Shown here one piece after another: positions 46,801-57,900 of a stretch of DNA of 64,000 bases. The notes under the pieces are model-generated. The model made no database searches and was not told where the DNA came from. It saw only the letters and a list, made by a program, of their open reading frames with translations. Numbering within the stretch: the stretch's first letter is position 1; every line of letters begins with the position of its first letter. This stretch comes from Eukaryota sp. TZLM1-RC (lineage: Eukaryota > Protista > Metamonada: BaSk clade), in NCBI GenBank assembly GCA_040285825.1, contig JAUPSS010000011.1:620001-684000 (forward strand), given 5' to 3'. Both the position numbers and the translations under genes were made by a program.

Positions 46801-47221
46801 TCAAGTAATCAATGTTTGCAAACAAAAGTTGACTGTGACAGTTTCCTCACTTGGTACTTTGCATTTGGTGCAAAATTCTTCTATTTTGTTCTATACTGCA
46901 GATGTTGATGACGTTTGTTGTAATACTTTTCCGTCAATGTTTAAACTTAATTCGATTGAAGATTTTTCCACCGTTGATATGGATAAGGTTAGTGCTGACC
47001 TTGAATTATTGGACAGTTTTTTGTTAGGCAATCCTTCGTCTTCATTTTGCTTTTTATCACCTGAAGGGACGGGTTTTTCTGTTTTCTTCTCTATTTACTG
47101 TCTTCTAAAGCTTGGCTATTGTGACAACATTGGGGATATGCTTGAAGAAATGTCCCGCCATAAACCTTGCCTAACGTTGTATCAAATTCCAAATACTCTT
47201 TTAAGCATTTTGGTTAATTAA
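43811..47221 (+). CDS. Protein kinase with long N-terminal helical region
   Basis: SGTFGRV, VVKE, HCDVKLSN, DFG, GPE, DVWAFG, RP in canonical order. Confidence 0.88.
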   Translation: MNSSLPDLCSQVRCLCHELWKTSSPSRADFDYTTTTPLRFNSLAQLQTPPFSRSPSKATLSRYNSRSSFKSSQPHAYIPVNSASVSCPQRDTHLSIGLNETNSSPIILSSALNSSIVPSLRIKSKPPSNPLLRNKRRFIKSSMNENDCLNLFSCLASESSFSMISRNFYLRAGCEEVKTPREGEGGSSDELSSDFSNLKLDYDHFSLFDFELYSNFSIPKLLFDLVLDLKQSLYDNQSNFDWFDLSVINSLTDIAISLVLFFLLKKLDYSYLMDFVDALSFFTRFGSLRVALTERIVFSFHLFNEKIQMFSCLVLLLFFESPFSVNIKILTLGKNFKRSALIDLFILILFRNENLKNSDYLNLVGDFFGGSEFLIKFSTEILLEKHSFFSQLNSIMDHFRTDFWTLVKQSFWFLIDVSYHSVQNSEDRPSLCDLLTFIFKTDSITCKSKKIELLGLMSMNFLQVTTQSQLLLYQICKDFAKDLTKDPISDQVTISFFMHLSQAVLLNRQLFSEFLRLLANSGLISVILVSLMNLTATSINQSSVSFNKSESDSFDEEHSFADYYDYCSSSDGIPFSPPETPPDIVNKLRLGSDPEINHFDLNDVTSEVIIEPVPKHDSTLTCFALLLVFAIDFDFNLSVFDLAFCYLYNLEQKFHCQLRQIVSSLSLDYSKRTFLLKFISQKRNLFLTKSWLSSGTFGRVSEVIGYNLFQNNVVVKEISWDAKGLDLSSSLSEIFLQSLVYKKSKVPVTSRIYNFGFDQHGIWILMEKGISLDCFRKSLGFSIDDVTSQSFLTFTFDFFRKLAVVLKTLDSLSIAHCDVKLSNILVLPNSQSYDVILIDFGEARLETHSPSLDRTLPTDRERGTQYIKGPEVMRSQGVQRQSITFSTDVWAFGIALIEFVTGRPPEIDHSQDIGKNRVKFNEFFPSGTPNQIISLADFVLHSNPHHRPHPNQIVEFIDNLNIPPVEFNPCVLNQKDLVLDSTEKNGLRLDCCSFCKCQVINVCKQKLTVTVSSLGTLHLVQNSSILFYTADVDDVCCNTFPSMFKLNSIEDFSTVDMDKVSADLELLDSFLLGNPSSSFCFLSPEGTGFSVFFSIYCLLKLGYCDNIGDMLEEMSRHKPCLTLYQIPNTLLSILVN

Positions 47222-47489
47222 ATGTTGTTGTTTTATCAGTTGAGGTTTTCTGTGTCGTAGTCTGATATACAGAGGTTGATTTTGATTGTTCTGATTTTGT
47301 CTTATTTAATTGTATGGTGGTTCAAATTTAAAAGTTGACTTTGTAATATATTAATATTTCCAACACCAGTACTGTTTTATTTAATCCTCAGAAAATCAAA
47401 TTATATATCAGTTAATTCTGTTTTTGAACATCTACGGAGATTTGGTTATTAAATTCCATCAATTTCTTTTTGTGATATAAACCAACTAT

Positions 47490-47820
47490 GACTAGCTTTT
47501 AGTCACCACACAGCCAGTAATCAAATACATCCAACATATTCAGACAACCCATTTCGTTACTATTCCAATACTTTGCATTCATTACATCTCTATATTGGGA
47601 CCGTTTGCGTCTTGATTTAAATTATTTATACAAACGGTTTTACATACAACAAAAACAAAAAACCCATAAGGCGCTTCCAGTGGTGATTTTCAGCACACTT
47701 TGGGTTTTTCTTTGCTCTTATCTTTGTTCCATATGCCTTTTCAATGAAGGCTCTTTGTGTTGGGATAGGTATGAGATTACTGAGTTTTTTACAACTCAAA
47801 TCACTATTGCCCAACACAAC
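47490..47820 (-). pseudogene. Heavily decayed Fanzor-like relic
   Basis: VVLGNSDLS..IPIPT resembles VxGxGDWS..PT; YWNSNEMGCLNMLDVFDYWLCG resembles WNRD..CLNM....L.G. Confidence 0.4.
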
Positions 47821-48962
47821 TTTGTCTTTACCACCTTATTTTGTCATGGAATTCTTGACAAGTCTTGCTTAATCTACAGAGTAAAGAACAATTTGAGTAA
47901 GGTTTTATTATGTTAGTGAAATTATTTTTTTGGAAAAATGGACATTGTATTGACATTGGTTTGCTAACTTAATTAATCCTGTTACTTTACATCAGGTTTC
48001 CTGTTTCAGGATTAAGGATATGGAGTGTATGATTTTAGTGTATGATGTCATGCCACATTTACACTTATGGTCATGTCATTGCTTGGAGATTAATTACATC
48101 ATTTGTCAATCTTTTGCAACATTTACATCAATCTATACAAGATTAATTGCCATTGAAAAAATCAAAACTGAGTGCGCATTTTACAATTCAAGCTTCCAAG
48201 TTCTTAAATAGTACCACTTGTCTTTCATGACATTTGGTGTGTATTCAAACAATGTTGGATGAGGTCTTACAATGATAAACAAATATTGTTTTTTTAATCA
48301 ACATAAATTCAATGTATATCCAAGAAACAATTTTAAAGCTAAAACTATGGGGCTCTTTTTTCCATTTGAAAAACTCCATTTATGAGGAAAAACTCGACAC
48401 TTGACAACAAACCTTTAAATTGTAATTTACATATAAGTTGCTTCACACACCTTTGTATGATATTGTTTCTTCACACTTCTTGTGAAAACGTGCCTATGCA
48501 TATTTGATACAATGCAGGTTTTATACATGAGTGAATGATTCATGTCTTCTGCTGTAATAGCAATCCTGAAGACAATGGTGTAAGCAGTAAAGATGATGTA
48601 TGTATTGAAAAGAATAATATACAGGAAAAGTGTATTACGAAAGAATCTACATCAAGAAAAGCGTACAGCGGTGTAGACATCAAGCCAATCAATGAACAAT
48701 TGACATCAAAAGATTGATTGAGTCAAACGAAACCCTTGAGAGACCCTATAGGTACAAAGGTTTGCGGTATACAAATGTAGAATGCGCTAGGCAAGTCTGC
48801 TGTGGAAGAAATCGTATTGTCTACTTTTGTACCTCCAATAATCATGACACTAAGGATATGTAGTGTTTGATGTTACTTACTCATCTTAAAGTTGAGTAAC
48901 CAAAGAAGAAAGACCACAGAATGTCGCTCAGGCTGGAAAACAAGATTTTTGGTGTGGTTCCA

Positions 48963-51900
48963 ATGTATTAGATGTGATCAACTTGTGATTAAACTTTGTG
49001 TGAAATTGTGTGTGAGTAATGTTGGCTATGTGTTACAAACAGATCAGTACAAACTCATGATTACATTTTCAATTGATTTTGTATATATTTGAATTAATTG
49101 AGTTTATTCATTTTTAAACATTAAATTGTAAAAATAGTAAAAAATCAAAAAGTATACAATTGAATGTTGCAAACTAATAAAACCATTGCTGTAAGTGTAA
49201 GAGTATCGTTTTTGATACGATTTACTGAGGCTCATATGAAGTTCCTAGTTTCGTATATTGACCAATGGTTGTTTATTACAATCATTGGTCACATCTTTAA
49301 AGTCCATTTTGGGACAATTAATATAACAATTGTGGTGTTAAAGTCCGTGCTATGATCATTTGAGTAGTCATTGGTGTGATTGGTTGAATGGTCATTGGTG
49401 TGATTAGGTGAGTTGCATGTAGTCCTTATGTACTAGATGTGATCAACTTGTGATCAAACTTTGTGTGAAATTGTGTGTGAATAATGTTGGCTATGTGTTC
49501 AGTACAAACTCATGATTACATTTTCAATTGATTTTGTATATATTTGAATTAATTGAGTTTATTAATTTTTAAACATTAAATTGTAAAAATAGTAAAAAAA
49601 TCAAAAAGTATACAATTGAATGTTGCAAACTAATAAAACCATTGCTGTAAGTGTAAGAGTATCGTTTTTGATACGATTTACTGAGGCTCATATGAAGTTC
49701 CTAGTTTCGTATATTGACCAATGGTTGTTTATTACAATCATTGGTCAAATCTTTAAAGTCCATTTTGGAACAATTAATATAACAATTGTGGTGTTAAAGT
49801 CCGTGCTATGGTCATTTGAGTAGTCATTGGTATGATTGGTTGAATGGTCATTGGTATGATTTGGTGAGTTGCATGTAGTCCTTATGTACTAGATGTGATC
49901 AACTTGTGATCAAACTTTGTGTGAAATTGTGTGTGAGTAATGTTGGCTATGTGTTACTTGATCAGTACAAACTCATGATTACATTTTCAATTGATTTTGT
50001 ACATATTTGAATTAATTGAGTTTATTAATTTTTAAACATTAAATTGTAAAAATAGTAAAAAATCAAAAAGTATACAATTGAATGTTGCAAACTAATAAAA
50101 CCATTGCTTTAAGTGTAAGAGTATCGTTTTTGATACGATTTACTGAGGCTCATATGAAGTTCCTAGTTTCGTATATTGACCAATGGTTGTTTATTACAAT
50201 CATTGGTCAAATCTTTAACGTCCATTTTGGGACAATTAATATAACAATTGTGGTGTTAAAGTCCGTGCTATGGTCATTTGAGTAGTCAATGGTATGATGG
50301 GTTGAATGGTCATTGGTATGATTTGGTGAGTTGCATGTAGTCCTTATGTACTAGATGTGATCAACTTGTGATCAAACTTTGTGTGAAATTGTGTGTGAGT
50401 AATGTTGGCTATGTGTTGATCAGTACAAACTCATGATTACATTTTCAATTGATTTTGTATATATTTGAATTAATGGAGTTTATTAATTTGTAAACATTAA
50501 ATTGTAAAAATAGTAAAAAATCAAAAAGTATACAATTGAATGTTGCAAACTAATAAAACCATTGCTGTAAGTGTAAGAGTATCGTTTTTGATACGATTTA
50601 CTGAGGCTCATATGAAGTTCCTAGTTTCGTATATTGACCAATGGTTGTTTATTACAATCATTGGTCAAATCTTTAAAGTCCATTTTGGGACAATTAATAT
50701 AACAATTGTGGTGTTAAAGTGCTTGCTATGGTCATTTGAGTAGTCATTGGTTTGATTGGTTGAATGGTCATTGGTGTGATTTGGTGAGTTGCATGTAGTC
50801 TTTATGTACTAGATGTGATCAACTTGTGATCAAACTTTGTGTGAAATTGTGTGTGAGTAATGTTGGCTATGTGTTACTTGATCAGTACAAACTCATGATT
50901 ACATTTTCAAATGATTTTGTATATATTTGAATTAATTGAGTGTATTAATTTTTAAACATTAAATTGTAAAAAAAGTAAAAAATCAAAAAGTATACAATTG
51001 AATGTTGTAAACTAATAAAACAATTGCTGTAAGTGTAAGAGTATCGTTTTTGATACGATTTACTGAGGCTCATATGAAGTTCCTAGTTTCGTATATTGAC
51101 CAATGGTTGTTTATTACAATCATTGGTCAAATCTTTAAAGTCCATTTTGGGACAATTAATATAACAATTGTGGTGTTAAAGTCCATGCTATGGTCATTTG
51201 AGTAGTCATTGGTATGATTGGTTGAATGGTCATTGGTATGATTTGGTGAGTTGCATGTAGTCCTTATGTACTAGATGTGATCAACTTGTGATCAAACTTT
51301 GTGTGAAATTGTGTGTGAGTAATGTTGGCTATGTGTTACTTGATCAGTACAAACTCATGATTACATTTTCAATTGATTTTGTATATATTTGAATAAATTG
51401 AGTGTATTAATTTTTAAACATTAAATTGTAAAAAAAGTAAAAAATCAAAAAGTATACAATTGAATGTTGTAAACTAATAAAACAATTGCTGTAAGTGTAA
51501 GAGTATCGTTTTTGATACGATTTACTGAGGCTCATATGAAGTTCCTAGTTTCGTATATTGACCAATGGTTGTTTATTACAATCATTGGTCAAATCTTTAA
51601 AGTCCATTTTGGAACAATTAATATAACAATTGTGGTGTTAAAGTCCTTGCTATGGTCATTTGAGTAGTCATTGGTTTGATTGGTTGAATGGTCATTGGTG
51701 TGATTTGGTGAGTTGCATGATGTAGTCCTTATGTACTAGATGTGATCAACTTGTGATCAAACTTTGTGTGAAATTGTGTGTGAGTAATGTTGGCTATGTG
51801 TTACTTGATCAGTACAAACTCATGATTACATTTTCAAATGATTTTGTATATATTTGAATTAATTGAGTGTATTAATTTTTAAACATTAAATTGTAAAAAA

Positions 51901-54900
51901 AGTAAAAAATCAAAAAGTATACAATTGAATGTTGTAAACTAATAAAACAATTGCTGTAAGTGTAAGAGTATCGTTTTTGATACGATTTACTGAGGCTCAT
52001 ATGAAGTTCCTAGTTTCGTATATTGACCAATGGTTGTTTATTACAATCATTGGTCAAATCTTTAAAGTCCATTTTGGGACAATTAATATAACAATTGTGG
52101 TGTTAAAGTCCTTGCTATGGTCATTTGAGTAGTCATTGGTTTGATTGGTTGAATGGTCATTGGTGTGATTTGGTGAGTTGCATGATGTAGTCCTTATGTA
52201 CTAGATGTGATCAACTTGTGATCAAACTTTGTGTGAAATTGTGTGTGAGTAATGTTGGCTATGTGTTACTTGATCAGTACAAACTCATGATTACATTTTC
52301 AAATGATTTTGTATATATTTGAATTAATTGAGTGTATTAATTTTTAAACATTAAATTGTAAAAAAAGTAAAAAATCAAAAGTATACAATTGAATGTTGTA
52401 AACTAATAAAACAATTGCTGTAAGTGTAAGAGTATCGTTTTTGATACGATTTACTGAGGCTCATATGAAGTTCCTAGTTTCGTATATTGACCAATGGTTG
52501 TTTATTACAATCATTGGTCAAATCTTTAAAGTCCATTTTGGGACAATTAATATAACAATTGTGGTGTTAAAGTCCGTGCTATGGTCATTTGATTAGTCAT
52601 TGGTATGATTGGTTGAATGGTCATTGGTGTGATGAGGTGAGTTGCATGATGTAGTCCTTATGTACTAGATGTGATCAACTTGTAATCAAACTTTGTGTGA
52701 AATTGTGTGTGAGTAATGTTGGCTATGTGTTACTTGATCAGTACAAACTCATGATTACATTTTCAAATGATTTTGTATATATTTGAATTAATTGAGTGTA
52801 TTAATTTTTAAACATTAAATTGTAAAACAAATAGCAACTTTTATTCAACAGCGTTATGAAGATATTGGTCTCTCATTGAATATCTCCAAATGTTTGATTA
52901 TTGGCCATGAACCAATTGATTTTTTCATTAATGATGTAAATGTCCCCTTTATCAATTATGATCAGTCTGGTTTTCGTTTTTTGGGTTGTTATCTCGGAAA
53001 TATTGATGAAGTGAAAAGCCAACTTTCGACTCTGTTGACTCAATTTGGAAATGAATTAGAATCAATAGAAAATTTAAATATTGAGAAACATTTGAAATTC
53101 TTTTCCTCAAAATCTGTTATTCTGGAAAATTTACTCATATTTTGAGATCAACATCACCATCAATTTCCTTGGAGTTCTGTCGCATTTTTAATGAACAAAG
53201 AACTAATTTTTTAGCAAAATTATTGGAAATTGATGCATCTCAGTTACGAAGCCACATTTTTGTGGTACAAATTTTGGTGGTGTTGATTTTCATAAGTCAA
53301 GCTACCTTTGTAAAGCTGCCTTTATTGGAGGTGGAAAGAATTTTATTTATGAATTTGTGAATCGTTTTCCTGAAAAAATTCATCTCATTGAAAATTGTAG
53401 CAGCTCCTATCTTATTTCTTTGCAACAGGAAATTGAAACTCTTTCACCCAATATTTGGGCTAAATGTTTCCCCTCTGATATTGTGGAACTTCCTTCAAGA
53501 AGCTTGCTCTCCTTACCATTGACTTTTGCAAAATTGCAGAAAAAATTTTGAAAGTTTTAGAAAACTTGGATTATATTGTACGTCTTAGCTTGGCTAAGGA
53601 AAAATCCCGTTTTTTGCAAACTTTTTGATTGATCTTGAAGACAGTTGCTCAAGTTGCTTAATCTCCCAAATTCCCAACATTTACGGCCTTCTACTTAATG
53701 ATCACCAATGGACCACTGCAATGAGATTGAGATGTTTTCTATGGCCTTGCTCATTGCCAAATGATTTAATTTGTCGCTGCAAGAGTGTTGTTACGCTTTC
53801 CCATATTTTAAACTGTAAGTATTTCATAACTTATCGCTCACTTGTTCATGACTCAGTTCGTGATCAATTATATGCCATGTGCAAAAAGTTTCAATATAGA
53901 GGCATTTATTGAGCCACTAGTACGTAAGCTGTCTTCAGATCAAACTGATGATTCCTTTGGTAAAAGAAGGGCAGATTTAGTAGCTCCAGGGATCGATGGT
54001 GTTCTCAATGTTGTAGACGTTGTCTCAGTGGATGTTTGCAAAAATTCTGCTGCTCGTTTAGTGTATTCCGCTGACTCGCCGTTATCTAACGCCGAAAAAA
54101 AGAAGATAAAAAATATGAAGAACCTTTGGCACAGTTAGGTAGAGTGGAACATGTGAAATATCAGTTTGTGCCGTTTGCAATTTCTCTTTTTGGCAATATT
54201 GGACCTTCAGGCTTGCACTTTTTGGAAAATTTTAAAAAAGTGTTACTGAATAGGTCTGGTAAAACAATGAACTCCACTTTCTGGTTAAATAGAATTGTTT
54301 TTTGCATTTTCAAGTCTATTCCAACAATGATTTCAAAGGCACTTTTAGCTATTGGTGTAGAATATGAACGTAATGCTGTGAGTAGGTTCAGTAATAGTGA
54401 CGCTTGTTTGGAGGATATTGAATTCTAGATGGTTATTTTTATCTCAATAAATATTCCAGTTTTTTTTTAAAAAAAAAATTGTAAAAAAAGTAAAAAATCA
54501 AAAAGTATACAATTGAATGTTGTAAACTAATAAAACAATTGCTGTAAGTGTAAGAGTATCGTTTTTGATACGATTTACTGAGGCTCATATGAAGTTCCTA
54601 GTTTCGTATATTGACCAATGGTTGTTTATTACAATCATTGGTCAAATCTTTAAAGTCCATTTTGGGACAATTAATATAACAATTGTGGTGTTAAAGTCCT
54701 TGCTATGGTCATTTGAGTAGTCATTGGTTTGATTGGTTGAATGGTCATTGGTGTGATTTGGTGAGTTGCATGATGTAGTCCTTATGTACTAGATGTGATC
54801 AACTTGTGATCAAACTTTGTGTGAAATTGTGTGTGAGTAATGTTGGCTATGTGTTACTTGATCAGTACAAACTCATGATTACATTTTCAAATGATTTTGT

Positions 54901-57900
54901 ATATATTTGAATTAATTGAGTGTATTAATTTTTAAACATTAAATTGTAAAAAAAGTAAAAAATCAAAAAGTATACAATTGAATGTTGTAAACTAATAAAA
55001 CAATTGCTGTAAGTGTAAGAGTATCGTTTTGATACGATTTACTGAGGCTCATATGAAGTTCCTAGTTTCGTATATTGACCAATGGTTGTTTATTACAATC
55101 ATTGATCAAATCTTTAAAGTCCATTTTGGGACAATTAATATAACAATTGTGGTGTTAAAGTCCTTGCTATGGTCATTTGAGTAGTCATTGGTTTGATTGG
55201 TTGAATGGTCATTGGTGTGATTTGGTGAGTTGCATGATGTAGTCCTTATGTACTAGATGTGATCAACTTGTGATCAAACTTTGTGTGAAATTGTGTGTGA
55301 GTAATGTTGGCTATGTGTTACTTGATCAGTACAAACTCATGATTACATTTTCAAATGATTTTGTATATATTTGAATTAATTGAGTGTATTAATTTTTAAA
55401 CATTAAATTGTAAAAAAAGTAAAAAATCAAAAAGTATACAATTGAATGTTGTAAACTAATAAAACAATTGCTGTAAGTGTAAGAGTATCGTTTTTGATAC
55501 GATTTACTGAGGCTCATATGAAGTTCCTAGTTTCGTATATTGACCAATGGTTGTTTATTACAATCATTGGTCAAATCTTTAAAGTCCATTTTGGGACAAT
55601 TAATATAACAATTGTGGTGTTAAAGTCCTTGCTATGGTCATTTGAGTAGTCATTGGTTTGATTGGTTGAATGGTCATTGGTGTGATTTGGTGAGTTGCAT
55701 GATGTAGTCCTTATGTACTAGATGTGATCAACTTGTGATCAAACTTTGTGTGAAATTGTGTGTGAGTAATGTTGGCTATGTGTTACTTGATCAGTACAAA
55801 CTCATGATTACATTTTCAAATGATTTTGTATATATTTGAATTAATTGAGTGTATTAATTATTAAACATTAAATTGTAAAAAAGTAAAAAATCAAAAAGTA
55901 TACAATTGAATGTTGTAAACTAATAAAACAATTGCTGTAAGTGTAAGAGTATCGTTTTTGATACGATTTACTGAGGCTCATATGAAGTTCCTAGTTTCGT
56001 ATATTGACCAATGGTTGTTTATTACAATCATTGGTCAAATCTTTAAAGTCCATTTTGGGACAATTAATATAACAATTGTGGTGTTAAAGTCCTTGCTATG
56101 GTCATTTGAGTAGTCATTGGTTTGATTGGTTGAATGGTCATTGGTGTGATTTGGTGAGTTGCATGATGTAGTCCTTATGTACTAGATGTGATCAACTTGT
56201 GATCAAACTTTGTGTGAAATTGTGTGTGAGTAATGTTGGCTATGTGTTACTTGATCAGTACAAACTCATGATTACATTTTCAAATGATTTTGTATATATT
56301 TGAATTAATTGAGTGTATTAATTTTTAAACATTAAATTGTAAAAAAAGTAAAAAATCAAAAAGTATACAATTGAATGTTGTAAACTAATAAAACAATTGC
56401 TGTAAGTGTAAGAGTATCGTTTTTGATACGATTTACTGAGGCTCATATGAAGTTCCTAGTTTCGTATATTGACCAATGGTTGTTTATTACAATCATTGGT
56501 CAAATCTTTAAAGTCCATTTTGGGACAATTAATATAACAATTGTGGTGTTAAAGTCCTTGTGCTATGGTCATTTGAGTAGTCATTGGTATGATTGGTTGA
56601 ATGGTCATTGGTATGATTTGGTGAGTTGCATGTAGTCCTTATGTACTAGATGTGATCAACTTGTGATCAAACTTTGTGTGAAATTGTGTGTGAGTAATGT
56701 TGGCTATGTGTTACTTGATCAGTACAAACTCATGATTACATTTTCAAATGATTTTGTATATATTTGAATTAATTGAGTGTATTAATTTTTAAACATTAAA
56801 TTGTAAAAAAAGTAAAAAATCAAAAAGTATACAATTGAATGTTGTAAACTAATAAAACAATTGCTGTAAGTGTAAGAGTATCGTTTTTGATACGATTTAC
56901 TGAGGCTCATATGAAGTTCTAGTTTCGTATATTGACCAATGGTTGTTTATTACAATCATTGGTCAAATCTTTAAAGTCCATTTTGGGACAATTAATATAA
57001 CAATTGTGGTGTTAAAGTCCGTGCTATGGTCATTTGAGTAGTCATTGGTTTGATTGGTTGAATGGTCATTGGTTTGATTTGGTGAGTTGCATGTAGTCCT
57101 TATGTACTAGATGTGATCAACTTGTGATCAAACTTTGTGTGAAATTGTGTGTGAGTAATGTTGGCTATGTGTTACTTGATCAGTACAAACTCATGATTAC
57201 ATTTTCAAATGATTTTGTATATATTTGAATTAATTGAGTGTATTAATTTTTAAACATTAAATTGTAAAAAAAGTAAAAAATCAAAAAGTATACAATTGAA
57301 TGTTGTAAACTAATAAAACAATTGCTGTAAGTGTAAGAGTATCGTTTTTGATACGATTTACTGAGGCTCATATGAAGTTCCTAGTTTCGTATATTGACCA
57401 ATGGTTGTTTATTACAATCATTGGTCAAATCTTTAAAGTCCATTTTGGGACAATTAATATAACAATTGTGGTGTTAAAGTCTGTGCTATGGTCATTTGAG
57501 TAGTCATTGGTTTGATTGGTTGAATGGTCATTGGTATGATTTGGTGAGTTGCATGTAGTCCTTATGTACTAGATGTGATCAACTTGTGATCAAACTTTGT
57601 GTGAAATTGTGTGTGAGTAATGTTGGCTATGTGTTACTTGATCAGTACAAACTCATGATTACATTTTCAATTGATTTTGTATATATTTGAATTAATTGAG
57701 TTTATTAATTTTTAAACATTAAATTGTAAAAAAAATAAAAAATGAAAAAGTATACAATTGAATGTTGTAAACTAATAAAACAATTGCTGTAAGTGTAAGA
57801 GTATCGTTTTTGATACGATTTACTGAGGCTCATATGAAGTTCCTAGTTTCGTATATTGACCAATGGTTGTTTATTACAATCATTGGTCAAATCTTTAAAG

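Noticed and set aside
49164-56635. Repeated 63-70 aa ORFs (MLQTNKTIAV...) in the array
   Set aside because: By-products of the tandem unit; broken by a TAA in most copies.
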